Origin: Tubiluchus corallicola
Lineage: Eukaryota; Animalia; Priapulida
Reading direction: 5' to 3'
Assembly: GCA_030141605.1 (NCBI GenBank)
Contig: JAQGDQ010000056.1
Span: forward strand, 722,510-786,509
Length of the DNA: 64,000 nucleotides
In this document: one piece after another, positions 37,024-51,066 of the stretch
Numbering within the stretch: position 1 is the stretch's first letter
Layout of the letters: each line of letters opens with the position of its first letter
Notes under the pieces: generated by a model
Told to the model about the DNA's origin: nothing
The model's database searches: none
What the model saw: only the letters and a program-made list of their open reading frames with translations
Position numbers and translations under genes: made by a program

Positions 37024-40000
37024 ATGGATAACTCTATCAGAGAATCAGATATTAAAGTTGAAAAAAGCAGAGAAAATGACAGTTCGTTTTGGTTAGAAGA
37101 TCTTCAAAACAAAGGTGAGTCAGCTCATGTTATCCAACACAAATGCAAACTATATACCCATTACTGGCCTTAGCTGCAAACTACTAAAAAAACTAAAATA
37201 TGGCATGAATCTCACAAACGTCATTATCATAGAACAATTTGTAAATTCCCTGAAGGTATAATGAGAAAAAATTATATGAAGTCGAACGATCGGTTTGAAG
37301 GGAATCATGCCTGTTAACACAAAAGTGTCTACCCAGACGGCGTAGTGTAACGGTTACGCGTTTGATTTCCGTCTTGGAGGTCGTGAGTTCGCGGCCGGGT
37401 CATACTGAAGACTTTAAAAATAGAAATTGTTGTTGCTTTGGCGATTGGTATTTAGGGAAGAAGCGGGCTAAAGGCAATAAGCTCTTTGAGCATGTGTTAA
37501 CAATAATTGTTATTATAATTATTATAATGTATAATATATCACAATAGTAATTATTAACCAATCATAATTACAAAAAAAGAAAAAAGCCACAATGATATCT
37601 GGTGTATGTCTGCAGCTACTTTTCATAACTTCATTTTTCGTCAGATTTGGGCAAAAATGATCATGTTATGAACGCAGATTGGATGAGTTCTACTAGCTTG
37701 GATAGTACCAGTCAATTGATTTATAAAGTGGACGATAACCCGCCTATATATTTAGCCATCATTTTCGGACTTCAGGTACACTATATTTTGTTAAACTTTT
37801 CAACCTAATTTTTAATTAGAAAAAATGTATAATTGCAAGAGTTTATGTCGACGGTAGTAGTAAATATTAGATGTTGTTCACTTTCTGCTTAACCTTTAAA
37901 ATCCGAGTCATTTCGAAAATTAAGCGCAGTAAGTGTAAGGTCACTATGGTGCCTAATTTTTTAAATCAGGTGTTACAAATAAGAAATAACTATCTGGAAT
38001 GTTGACGGTTTAACAGTGGTTAGTGTTAAAGCGTTTCGTGCAAGGTGGTTGTTTCATTGAAGAATATTCTAATAATTTCCGCAACCTATTAATTTTTATT
38101 GCAGCAACTATTCGTCTGCTTTGGCGGGATCTACACGTCTCCGGTAGCTACTGCTAATCTTATCTGTGCTGAGCATAATATTGCCTTGAAAGTAAAAATG
38201 TTTAGCAGTATGCTTATCGTAGTGGCAGTTGACTCAGTTCTTATGACAGCTTTGGGTATAAGGTGCAACATTTTTCACATATAATAACAATTTTTATTGT
38301 CTTACTATGAATGTCTTGCACTAGATACAGCGATAGATTGATGGTAACATTTGACGCATGCGCCTAGCTATATAATACGTATAACAAACTGTATGTCAAA
38401 ATGGAGATTGTGAAAGTTTTTAATATATATGTATATACTACAGGCAATGTGTGAAATCGGGTGTTCTATAGAATGCCTAGGCATTTCATAGAGTGTCAAA
38501 ACAAACCAGGTAAAGTGTCTAAAATAATTCCTTCTACACTTTTTCTAGGTATAATATATAATGCAAACGCTTGTTTGGGCACAGTGTGTAATTATTAGAT
38601 TCTGTATACTTTTTCTAGGCATTGTTACATTAAGGTAATTTTACTTTAGGTAATGTGCGAATTTGAATTCGGTTGGTTGGTAGTTTGATGATAGATTGAT
38701 GGATACAAAAGGTAGACGGACGGACGGAGAGAGAAACACAGATGCAAGCCTTATGGCCTGCTATATCGGTTATACTTTGAAAATTGCTTTCATTAAAAGG
38801 TCTAATACTAAATTATTGCGAAAAATTTATTCGCCTTACATAAAATTTCTATTACTAATCTCTTCTTCCAGATAACACCAGTGGTATTATATTTAAATTG
38901 CGCTCAACATTCAAAATTGTGTTTAAGCTCTAAGCCTTGTGCAAAATTTCGAAAAAAAACTAAGAAGATTTTACGAAAACAGCCTTCATAAATCCGTATG
39001 CATGTACTGCTAACAATGTTCCTACGCACAAATAATAGTTCCTAAGAACTCTAATGAATCTGCCCTCCCTTTCCTAGATATTGAAAATACTCAATCTGAT
39101 TGAGAACATGTCAGAATGGTGACGTTGCACCAACCACCAGCTTAGTTGGGTAACGGCGCATTCAGACTTGCGGCGTGTTTTCTCTCGCTGACGTTAATTA
39201 GCCAAGTAACTCGCCAGAATGTCCAGATTAGAAAGGAAAACTTGTGAATTATTCTTCTTTATTCGCTGCCAGAAGTATCAAGAGAAACGCGCACATAAGC
39301 GTTCACTCTAGACAGTAACTTGAAACAACTGTCGGACAGTTTGCAGTAACTTGCTGACAGTAACTCGCAAATCAGTTCAAAGTTCAGAGAAAAAATTCGC
39401 GACAGAAAACTCGCTTGTCTGAAGGAGTCGTTGTATGCATCCATACAATGCCTAGGTAATGTATAAAATATCTAGCAAAAGTTCCAATCTACAGAAATTA
39501 TGTTCAGTTTACACATTGCCAAAGTCAATTTACGCATTTTATATAAATTCTCCTACATTATACAAAATATCTGGGCAAGGTATGAAAGAGTTGCGGCAAA
39601 AGGGTTTATTTCACATTTTTCCCGAACAGCATAGGCATTATATCAAATGCTTAGGAATTTTATAAAATGTCTAAATTTTACACATTGCCTGTAACGTACA
39701 TAAATAAATTATCACTATCATTATATAATTACATGAAGATTTGTAAATTCAGATACAAAATGCAGTATCAAATTGACAATATATTGGAAATTAAAGAAAT
39801 CCTTGTTGTGATAAACCATCTCTTTATTTTTACTTATGGATGTCTAACACTATTCATCAATTTCTAAAGCTGCTGATTGTTAAGAAGTCACTAAAACGAT
39901 TTTCAAGTACTTACTCTTTACAGACTTCCCATAATTCAAGGAGCCGCTTCGTCGTTTATCCCTGTAACCACGTCATTGATGCAACTAAAAGAATGGCAAT

Positions 40001-43000
40001 GTCCACAAAATTGTAGGTGCCAATATTGATATATACGTTATTTCGCAAGTTTTTATTCCTTTTTGTTGACAAGTTTTATAATATCAGGAATAATATTGCT
40101 TTAAATTTGTAATTTTCTTCATTAGACGTTTTGGCATCTGATTTTTAATTTTTAAAACAATTTATAATGAAATCACTTTTTATTGATTTAAGAGATGTCT
40201 ATATAATTATTACAAATATGTATTTGGTAAAGATGAAAAATGTGTGAAAAATTGGTGACTTAATTAAATTATGTTTTTCTGCTGTATTTGAATGCAAACT
40301 TTAACAGTTGTATTTCATAACATGTCCTAAAGTCAACGATTTTGACATACTGTGCCTTATGAAATAAACCAACAAATTTATAACAATGTAGGCCAAACAT
40401 GTCCGTTTACAGTGCGCACTTATCATGCAATATTCAGCATAAATATGTTTTATGCTTTAAGTTAGTTTGTTTTATTTAATCCAATAATCTTCCTGGTTTG
40501 AAAAAATGCCACTTAGTGCCAGAAAATACACGTTTATTTTTCAGTTTCCTTTTTGCCGTTCGAACAACAAGAGGAAGAAGCTTTGATAAGATTACGAGAG
40601 GTATTTGCAAAAGCATTCTAAAAAAATTGCACTATTCTTTGCATCTTCAACGAAGTAAGCTCCTTAAGTTTATCCCTTGAAGCTTTATTTCGCTTTGGTA
40701 TAATGCTGCCAATATAACTGATTGTATATATTAAGCTCAAGTTGAAGTAAAATAAATTGCCCCAATTATTGCCAGCTATATTGCGCAATATACTGAATAT
40801 TGTGCAATGGTGTTGAGAGTCTGTATACGCGTTATTGACGATTTAATAATTTTAATTATTCTTTTTGTGTGATATCGTGTGTGCGAAACAAAAGGTTATT
40901 GTTATTGTTCAATGTTATTGTTAATATTGTACATGCGCATGCTCCCTAAGATATTGTTTACCTATGAAGTATTATTCATTGGCAGAAATTTCTAGGCAGT
41001 AATTAGAAATGTGCATGTAAAAAGCAAAGCATTTTTCAACAGTTACAGTAAATATTCATAAAAGCGCTTAGGATGTTTCGACTCGTGATATCTATAATTT
41101 AATCTTCAGCTAAATATGAGACAGGCGTTATAATACTATTTTCCAAAATATATTTTGTTAAAAGATCAGTGGAGCTTTAATGACGGCCTCAGCAGTGCAG
41201 ATTCTAATTGGAATGCTTGGACTGATTGGCTACGTACTGAAATTTATTGGACCGTTAACTCTAGCGCCATCAGTGGCCTTAATAGGGATTAATTTATACC
41301 AAGTGATTAACGATATGTGCGAAAAGCAATGGGCGATAGCAATGTTGTAAGTATGCATTAAAAATCATGTTGGGTAATCGTATTAGAAACTTCACCCCTT
41401 TTAGTTCTACGTGTAAATATTTTATTTACAGTTCAATACATTTGGTTTAAATTCAACACTTGGAGGTAAAGGTGGTAGCGGAGCGGTGGTAGTTGTTATT
41501 ATCATTACTATTTTAATAATAAATAATTAGATTGTTAATCTAACCAAGATATTTCATATCAATAAATCTGCAAATTAATTAATTCTTATTCTTTTACAGC
41601 ACCGTATTTGTTGCTTTGATATCATCGTTGTGCATTGGAAACAAGCTTCAGCTCCCTCTTCCAGATTTAAACGCCAATCGTTCAAGCAGGAGAAAAGTGT
41701 TTCATATTCCAGTTTTTACGGTGTTCCCGGTGAGAAATATAAAATACTCATTAACATACTTTTCTAAACCTGGAGCGCCCTAGACTTATTTTTCGTTGAG
41801 TGCTACTTTAACTGCAAAAAAACACAAATCTATAAAGTGCTTCTGCTTCAAAATCAAGCGCCCAAATTTGCGCGAAATATAAAAACGAAATATTATTAAG
41901 GTATTATCAGAGTCAAGTCTTTGAGTGACCTGAAATAATTTTGATAGGTGATATACATTTTGACAAATAGTAGGCGGTAGATGCAATTTAACATTAGACG
42001 TATGACGGATAGGATATTCCATTGACACAGAGAGTAGGCTAATGGTTATACTAATCGCTGACTCAACAGAAAGCATCTCAAATTCACAGCTGAGTTGTTT
42101 TTTTAATATCTCAGATTATGTTTGGATTGACAGCAGGGTGGATTTTATGTGGAATTCTTACAGCAGCCAACGTGTTTCCCGATGATCCCGCAGAAGATGC
42201 TTACTGGGCAAGAACTGATGCTAATGTTGAGTTTGTATCAGGTGCTCCTTGGTTTGCTGTTCCTTACCCAGGTAAAAGCATTCTAAAAGTGAAACTGATT
42301 CTGAGATATAGAGTTACTGCATGTAATAATCATTTCGCTCACATTTATACGGATCACAGACGAACTGTAGTATACGAGGTGCATTCCAGAAGTTTTGAGA
42401 ATTTTTTAGGAGAGGCATTCATTTATTTCAGGAAAAACAAAACTCAGGTCTCCTTCAAAATAGGATCCCCCGAATTGGATGCAGTCTTAAACAGCCCAAA
42501 TGCAAACGGTTTTCCACTTGAGGTTCTTCTAGCATTAAGAATCAATTACGTTCTTCTTTCATAATTAATCGAAAAATATTTTCTTGTTTGTGGAGTTTAG
42601 GCAAAGCTTAGTGTTTTCGTATAATGACGAATATAAGTGGTCAAGTGGTATTGTCCCATAAAAATATTTAATTAACAATTTTCATTTGTAGAAGCAAATT
42701 TTCGTTTTATCGGTTAAAGGGTTTTCTAAAAGGGTTATGCAATATAACAAGGAACATCAGCTAAACTCAAAACTGAATGGGGAGGAGATCCAAACTTGGG
42801 TTATTTATACTAACCCAAATGTGTGGGAGTTGACAGATTTCGAGGGATAGCTGGTGACCTTGCGTAGGTAGTACAAGATCAAATTAAGGTTAAATTACAA
42901 CTGAGAAACTATGCATGCAGAGTTGAGCAGCCACAGTTAGATAATCTGCAGTATCATGTGGGAACAGATTTCAGAGGGAAAGTAGGGAAGCATGTGCCTT

Positions 43001-46000
43001 GGAGTCGGTGGTTCGGGTGAATCAAATAATGAACGAACACGAAACAGGTAGACAGAGAGCACAAAACTGCAAATATAAAACATCGAAAAACAACTTAAAT
43101 GAACTTATATATAGCATTAAGGTTAAGCTCTCCTATAGTCTTGGTTCACTTTCCATTTCGAAAAGATACAACAATTAATTACATTGTACAGGCCATTTTG
43201 CCCCACTCTTATATTAATTTATCAATATTGTAGTGAATATAAATGCTCTTAACAGTGATCAAACTTACAGGTCAATTTGGACGCCCAACCCTAGGCGTGG
43301 CTTCATTTGCTGGTATGCTTGTGGCAGTCTTTGCTGGCATTGTCGAGTCAGTTGGTGATTACTATGTCCTTTCAAGCATCTGTGAGGTGCCTGTTCCACC
43401 TAGCCATGCTGTCAATAGAGCTGTGATGACTGAAGGAGTTGGCTGTTTCTTAGCTGGAGCCATGGGTGGTGGCGTTGGTTTGTCGTCATATAGCAATGCC
43501 ATTGGTGCTGTCGCTCTGACTAAGGTAAAACAGCTGCTAATGATGAAATTAAATAGGTTGTTAACATCTGTGGTACTTTATCAGGAAAATTTTGATTGAC
43601 ACCGACGACACCTTTGTAATTATTTTTAAGATGGTGCAAGGATATTTGCCAGATTGTTCAGCTCCAGTGCTTTAGAAAAAAAACTAGGTTAATTTGCTCG
43701 TCACTTGCCTGGCATTATTTAAATTAGAGTATAGGTAATAGTAGGAACAAAAACTTAATAGGTTTAGCATCGGACGAAACTAGATCAGACCAATAAAAGC
43801 ACTTGTTTTGTCATGTGTCATCAATTAATTGTTTACGGAGGTTGACTATGACGCAATTTGCTTCGTGCAAAAGTTGCCGTGTGCGGGAAATTTTTGTCTG
43901 AGATGGTTTGCGTCAGACAGTTCTTTGAAGACAGATTTTTTACTGTTCTGCTGGAGATAGCTTTTTAGTTGAATACTGTGATTATTTACTTTATCGCACA
44001 CGCCACAGATAAACATTTTTTTCTGCAGGTAACTTGCCGAAGTCAAATTTACACGGCATCAATGATCATGATAATTTGTGGGTTGCTGCCTAAGGTTGCT
44101 GCAGCTATTAATACAATGCCCCTACCCGTAACAGGAGGAATTTTCTTCCTAGGCATGGCTATGGTCTCTGCTGTTGGTATTAGCAGCTTGCAGCATATTG
44201 ATTTGAGCTCATCAAGAAATCTCACTATATTAGGATTAAGTATTCTAATTGGAATCATGATGCCAGAGTACGTTAAAGCTAATCCTGACGCATTCAATAC
44301 GGGTAAGTGAACATCATCAAGAAAATATACATATTACAGCATTATTTACATTTGCATCACAGGCGTGGTGATAGCTCAGCGTGGTCTTGGTCACGGGGTG
44401 TTTGAAGCACTTCGATTTTCGGTCTGGCGGTTCCACATGGCGGCGCATTGGTACAAAATGTGTATGCTACCATAACACTAACACGTGGTTAGTAACTACA
44501 CGCGTGCTTTTTCTGGCAATTCGATTGGATAAAAACGCACTGTTGAACACACGCGTCGTTCGTGAAAAGATGTATTGTTTTCTCGTAATTCGATTGGGTG
44601 AAAAAAGGCATGTGTATTTCAGTTAACGACTCCGACTTCATTTTCCCGGCTCCTTTTGAGACCGTACATTCGAAAAATAATGTATGTTTTTTCTGTAGTT
44701 CACACGTTGTTTCGAAAGCCGTGGTTTATCACAAGAATCCAAGTATTTTTTAAATTTTTACCCAATATTGGGCGGTACAACTTGACATCAAGTGCAAAAA
44801 AAGGCTTTACCCAGTGGCTTTTACGTACTAGAATCCCTAGCACGATCTTACTGATATTTAAGTTGCTTTTCGTTGTAAGATTATGCAAGTGTTTTGTAAC
44901 GTAATCATCTATCTTTTCAAAATTTAAAGTGGCGTAACAACTGTCATAAAACTGCATGTCATATAGGCAAAACTCACTCTACATTATCATCTTAAGAACA
45001 AAGACAACATAAAAAGGAATTACTAGGAAACACTCAGGCTGACTAGATATCCAAATATAAGTGTCGTTCAGCGATTCCAGTTCACATGAAAAAGGTAAAT
45101 AATTAATTTAGACAAGTGAACTTTTAACAATTTACACGGTGGAAAATGTGGAACTTTCTTTTTGAAACAAGTGTAAGAGACACACTGGGAGGGGGCTATT
45201 GTAAGTAAGTAAGTAAGCAATTTATTGTCATTATAGCATAATACATACAATGAAATTTATGTGGTTTTACGTACTGCAATAACTTATGGCAACAACAAGC
45301 AGATTAACACAAATAATTCAATCAGTTGTACAGTGACAAAGAGAATTAATAGTCGGGATTTACTGAAATTTACTGTTGATGGTGCGAATTGCAACGGGAT
45401 AGAAAGAATTTAAAGTTCCTGTGGTATTAGCGTTAATTGAGCGGAATCTACGACCAGAGAGGAGCAATTCAAAATATTTATTACCTGGATGGAAGTCATC
45501 TTTCATGATAACTTTCGCTCTCTTTGCGACCCTAGTTTCATATAAATATGCCATAGATTGCTGTTCAACTCCTATAATTTTGAGGCGGATTTAACAACTT
45601 GATGAAGAGCATTGCGATCTCCCTGCGTGGTAGCGCCATACCAAACAGCGAGGAATGTTGTTAAGACGCTTTCAATTACTTCACGATAAAAACTCTCCGT
45701 CACGGCAGGGGCAGTCTTAAATGATTTGAGTTGTCTTAAAAAGTACAAACGCTGGCGGGCCTTTTTTACGCAACAGAGCACATTTGCTTCCCTTTTAAGA
45801 TCATCTGAAATTTTTATTCCCCAAACTTTGAAATCTTTAACAATTTCTACAGCTGTATTGCTTATAAGCAAAGGTGCTTTTCCACCAGTCTCTTTTCTAA
45901 AATTCACGATAATTTTTTTGTTTCTGAAACATTCAGTTCAAAATATATTCTGTTCGCACCATCGTGTTAAATTTTGAACTTCCTGAAAATAATTAGTCTC

Positions 46001-48729
46001 GCTTTACTGCAAATAAGGCCTGCCAGTGTGGTATTATCAGGGAATTTTACCATCATAGTATTTTGGGAAGATACTTCACAGTCATATGTAAACAACGTAT
46101 ATAGGATTGGAGACAGGACGCACCCTTGAGGAGCTCCTGTATTAACAACCTTAGAAGTTAAAAAAGTGGTAGTGTTTCCATTAATTATCTTGACGATCTG
46201 TGGTCGCCCTGTCAAAAAGTCAAGTACGAAATTACACAGCCAGTCAGGTATGTTAAGTTCCGTCGTTTTATAATACAATTTTAGTGGCAGAATAGTATTG
46301 AAAGCTAAACTGAAATCAACGAAAAGGATTCTGGCATAACAATAACGTTTATCAAGGTGTGTTAGTTCATTATGAACAACAAGAGCTACAGCATCATCTG
46401 TGGAACGATTAGCACGATATGCAAATCGAAATGGGTCCAAAAATGGTGAAACAGCAGATTTTAGGAAATGTAAGATCAAACGCTCTAGTGTTTTGCTTAA
46501 CATTGATGTTAAAGCCGCAGGTCTGTAGTTATTAAGTGTAGTAACTGGGTTTCTCTTTGGCACAGGAATTACGATAGATTGCTTAAACTGTTTAGGGAAT
46601 TTACAAATGCTTAAAGACCAATTATAAATATGAGTAAAATATAGGCAAGTTGATTTGAGCAGTATCGTACATGCCGCGGTGTTACACGATCTGGACCTGC
46701 CGATTTTTTAACTTTCAGTTAGGCAAACTGTCGTTGCACATTGTTTTCTTGTATAACAAGAGATGGAGTGTTATTGCAAGTGGACGTACTGAAATAATGT
46801 AATAATGATCCCGTTTGTTTGTCAAAACGACTATAAAAATTATTTAGTTTATCCGGTAAAGTTAAAGTGTGTTATTGTGTTATTAGACACTGCTTCATTT
46901 TATGCCTTTTATGTTTTGATTAAAATCGGCCTATTAAGGCCAGTGTGAACCTAACTTAATAAATTTTAATTTTGTAGTCAAGGTGGCTCCATCTAGCTGG
47001 AAAGTTTAAAGTGTGAGCATTGACCTAGTTATGTTTTCATTATGCTGTTCTGTAGTATATGTGAACGACGTGTCTTGTGCAAGCTAGCGAAATTTATCAT
47101 TAGATATATGCCGCAACGAAATAAGTTTATTTCTATTAATTTTTATTTTGATTTATTCATTGATATTTTTGAATGGACTAAATAACTGTCAATCTAACTA
47201 AACTATGTAACTTTTCATAAAATTAGGCAATGTCAGTCACTTTTGCTTTTCTATTTTAATTTAAATATTGCAGAAATAAAGATCAGTGGTTTACATGAAA
47301 TTCAACTGAGACTTTGAAGATTTGTCATAAATGCCTCTGAGAGACACTAACACGGCCCATAAAAATTGCATCAGACCCTGAAACAACACAGTTTGCTATA
47401 GGGCCAGCTTTGCGGCAACATCCATGGCGAAAAAAGGCGTTTTCGAAGACAGTAGCTTTTCAAAAGCTCTCGTCGTTTCTTCAAAAGCTCGTATCGGTTT
47501 TCTAAAGCCTTGTTTCTTTCTTAGGAAAATGAAGGTGGAGGCTCATTATCCAATTACGTTTCAAGAAAAACGACACACACACCCTTAAAAAAGAGACGTT
47601 CCTTTTGTCCAATAAAATAGCGTGAAAAACTGTACTTCATTTCATAGACACGTTGTTACTTGGGCGGGAATAGGAAACCTGTGTTGAGTTCTAAAAGCAC
47701 CCTTGTAGTTACTATGACACGCTTGAGTCGCTCGCGCAAATGACCCGCATTTGGCACTAATTCCCCGTCACAGTTTCATTCGATGCGCATGTTGTGGGCT
47801 ATTTTATCCCGCACAGGGAGACATGGCTGAAATACCGCTGCTGGTTCAGTGTCTCATCCTAGAGGCATAGCCTTGATAATCAGTCATGTTCTGTAGGATT
47901 TGGAATTGCATAAAACTATTGTGTAAGCGTGGAAACTGTCTAAAGCGGAAATTCCTTCCACTTCAAATGTCTAAACTATTTATATGAGTTTATAAATTGA
48001 TCAAATAGACTTGAATGGGCAAAAAGTACTTAAATGATTGGGTTTCTTCAGTCTTCAATCTTGATAAGACAACATGACCGTCTATGATTGGTTACAAACG
48101 CTAATCGGCGAAACCTGAAGTTTTCTGAACTTTCAGTTTATCAGCCGAGTCTCGAGGATGTGTTGGTGAGCTGCCCACTTCTACTTTTTTACAAAAAAGA
48201 TCTTTCCTAAAACATGCCACACATCTTTGGTAAATAATATTTTAAACAGGATGCTGTATATTTACTACAAATGTCACTTCATTTAACTGTTTGGAATATT
48301 TGTGAAAGAAGAGATTCTTCTAGTAAGTATGACTCATTGATTTTCAGGTGTATCTGAGATTGACCAGATTGCATCGATGCTGCTTTCTATGGGATTTTTT
48401 GTTGGTGGATGTGTAGGCTTTGTCTTGGATAATGCAGTGCCAGGTAAGACATGATTTTACCCTGCATATTTGCTGTATTTTACTGAATATGCGCCTGTCG
48501 GCTATTTAGTTAAGCAAGTATTTCATACTAGCTAACTCCTGAGCATTATCGTCGTCGTTGTCGTCATTATCACCACAAGTACCACCACTACCACCACCAT
48601 AATCATCATCATCACATCGTTTTCGTCGTCGTCAGCGTCATCATCATCATCGTCCATCGTCCATCGTCCTCCGTCGTCCTCCATCGTCATCCATCGTCAT
48701 CCATCGTCGTCCATCGTCGTCCATCGTCG

Positions 48730-48788
<59 letters not shown>

Positions 48789-49310
48789 TGTTCATATTCA
48801 TTTTCATCATAGTCAAGCGCAACAACGATGGCAAAAGCTTCATCAGCAACAGAACAGCAAAAGAGATAAATAAGAAAACAAGCAACAAGAACAGCTACGA
48901 TGACAACAATAATGCAAAATATATAATTAACAAAAAATAAATAAAGATATAAAAATAATATAATAAAGTGTGAAAATCCTCTGCTGGGTAAATGTACTGC
49001 GTGTGCCATAGGCAAAGGTTTGTCATATCATCCAATTGCATTTATCTGTTTTTATCTGTTTTTTACTATTACAGGCACGCCTAAAGAAAGGGGACTTATT
49101 TTTTTGTGCCAGCCAAATGAAACAACTAGGAAAGACAAAACAAGACTGTATGATTTGCCTTACGTCTCAGATTTTCTAGGAAAGTGTTTTATTTCAAAGT
49201 TCATACCATTTCTGCCTCATTACGAAAGGAAGAATGAAGAAAATGACATTGAGCTGAATGACAGTCGTGATGGTATTGTTAAACAAGACAGCTGCCAAAC
49301 ACGCCTTTAG
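37024..49310 (+). CDS. SLC23A1/2-like: SLC23 / NAT family transporter, paralog B, 12 coding exons, 617 aa
   Basis: Exons 37024-37114, 37645-37775, 38105-38262, 39924-40012, 40545-40600, 41165-41346, 41600-41729, 42115-42271, 43271-43524, 44029-44302, 48348-48443, 49075-49310 (1854 nt, open frame). Exon sizes 158/89/56/182/157/254/274/96 are identical to paralog A, and the same family motifs are present. Confidence 0.94.
37336..37470 (+). mobile_element. tRNA-derived SINE fragment
   Basis: A-box-like ggcgtagtgtaacggtta and B-box gagttcgcggcc, followed by ggtcatactgaagactttaaaaat, a central segment shared by many invertebrate SINEs (recognised from memory). Confidence 0.6.
38441..39691. mobile_element. 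Non-autonomous DNA transposon with TA target duplication (Tc1/mariner-type ends)
   Basis: TIRs CAGGCAATGTGTGAAAT / ATTTTACACATTGCCTG flanked by TA on both sides; subterminal tgcctaggca-type repeats in both arms. Confidence 0.75.
42373..42490 (+). mobile_element. Mariner-like terminal fragment
   Basis: TA-CGAGGTGCATTCCAGAAGTTTTGAGAATTT resembles mariner TIRs; no partner end found. Confidence 0.45.
45201..46865 (-). mobile_element. 5'-truncated, frameshifted Rex1/Babar-like LINE in intron 10 of SLC23 paralog B
   Basis: LPDKLNNFYSRFD, KSAGPD, NNYRPAALTS, FAYRANRSTDDA, ARILFVDFSLAFNTI, GAPQGCVLSPILY, catalytic FADD decayed to FPDN, KKARQRLYFLRQLK. The 3' end has tgacAATAAA followed by a (CTTA)n tail at 45201-45218. 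Confidence 0.92.
48548..48790. repeat. Compound (CGT)/(CAC)/(CGTCCAT)/(CAT)n simple repeat
   Basis: Direct reading of the sequence. Confidence 0.95.
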
Positions 49311-51066
49311 AATAGCTTTTGTAATAACATTGTAATAGTGTCTGTAGTGAAGTTGTTGCTATGGTAATCATGTTCAATTTATTTTGTTATTTTGTTTTAT
49401 TTCGACTTGCTTAATTTTTCTACAAAATTAAGCTACGTCGTTCAGTACCAGATATCTGCAATCCTGTGTATTCGCTTGCCTTCTCTTTGTGTATCTGGCT
49501 ATAATTTTTTATTATGAAAGATTTTGCTCTCGCGTCTTTTGCTTTCACATTTGAAAATTTTTGTCGCTTCTTACAACTAGTCTGAAAAGTTAAATGGAAC
49601 AAACTTCTCAATCCAATTAATTTTGGCCCAAATAATTGACTAACCAGAATGTTTACGTGAACTCTCTGTATCCCGAAGAGATTAAATTATTTCTTGGAGA
49701 GTTTGTTTTTGTGAGTTATATAAAAAAAGCCATGGTGTATTTATGCCACATTTGTTTGACTAATACTTTGTTCAGACTAAAATTCTTGGTTAAATTTACT
49801 ATAAGCAAGTGTGACTCCTAGAGCTATTATGTGAGTTTTAATACATGCACTTTGTTGTGGACATCCTTTACTACATTGCAAGAGTTTTTAGTTATATTAT
49901 TTGCAACTTTTTTGACATCTTCTCTGTACCTGACTGTCAGACCTTATCTAGAGATAGAAGCTTTTATACCCTTTTTTATACAGAGAAAAAATGTCCAGCG
50001 TCAAAGTCGCAGCTATAAAAGATATTCTAATTACGGTATTCAAGTTAGGCGTGAGCCGGCGTTGCGGGAGGAAGTGTATATGAGATTGCGTTAACGAGAT
50101 CAGTTTCGAACTTCCGAGACCACTTCTGAAAGTTTTAAGCACAGGTCCTACTCTCATTTCTTTTGGTATGTACATGGTCTAATTAAGACAACGCAGGGCC
50201 AAGGGCACAATCTAACCCAGCCCAAAAATTAGGGTCCCAGTCCACCACAGCCCAAAAATACTATCGGAAAAACATCTTAACTATACTCCGTACACTCGTA
50301 TGGGGCGCGAAACTTTTCGATTTGATTTTATAGTGCAAAACTAATTCGTTTTTGTCTATTTGTTTACGGCGTGGTTACCACACCGGTATGGATTTTTACA
50401 TGATCTTAGTACATTAATGCTTGATTTTGATGTCTTTGACTCTTAGTAAACTTCCAAAAGTAGTTTCGACGTGAACGGCAGCTTATGACGTTTTTTGCAG
50501 AGGGACGCTTAATGGTGACAAATTTGAATAAAACAAAAGTTAATAAAAATGTTTAAAATTTTCATAGTAACTTATAGTATGGTTTGCTGCAATGTATTAC
50601 ATACATGTACTTTGATTACACATTTTTATAACATTTATTATCGTTTATCTCGCCTTTACGCACCGTTATATAAGAATATGCAAACCTACACCCATTCATA
50701 TGTAGCAATGATTTTGCAGAAAATATATTACCATTAGCCGGAACATTGACTCCTGTATAGATTAACATATAGGGGCCCATCGATAGAACAGCATTATGAC
50801 ATTTTGTAGAATTCCTTTTATCAATATGTACATAGTGTGTCACTGATGTAAACAATTTTAATGTTTGCTTTTTTGAAATTCCATTCTAAGCATAAGATTG
50901 AATTTCAAGTTTCTAGTTAACCTTACTATAGAATGCAACACGTTAGCAAAAGGAGAATCACAATATGAAATTAAAATTACAGAATTAAAGTTTAAGCAGA
51001 GCGTAACTTATGTAACTTATAAATGCCGTCACTTCTTGCGCACAGCAGCTTGTGGATCGTTAATTT

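Noticed and set aside
44362-44640. GC-richer tRNA/SINE-like stretch in SLC23-B intron 10
   Set aside because: An A-box-like tagctcagcgtgg is present, but there is no clear B-box, tail or second copy; too weak to call.
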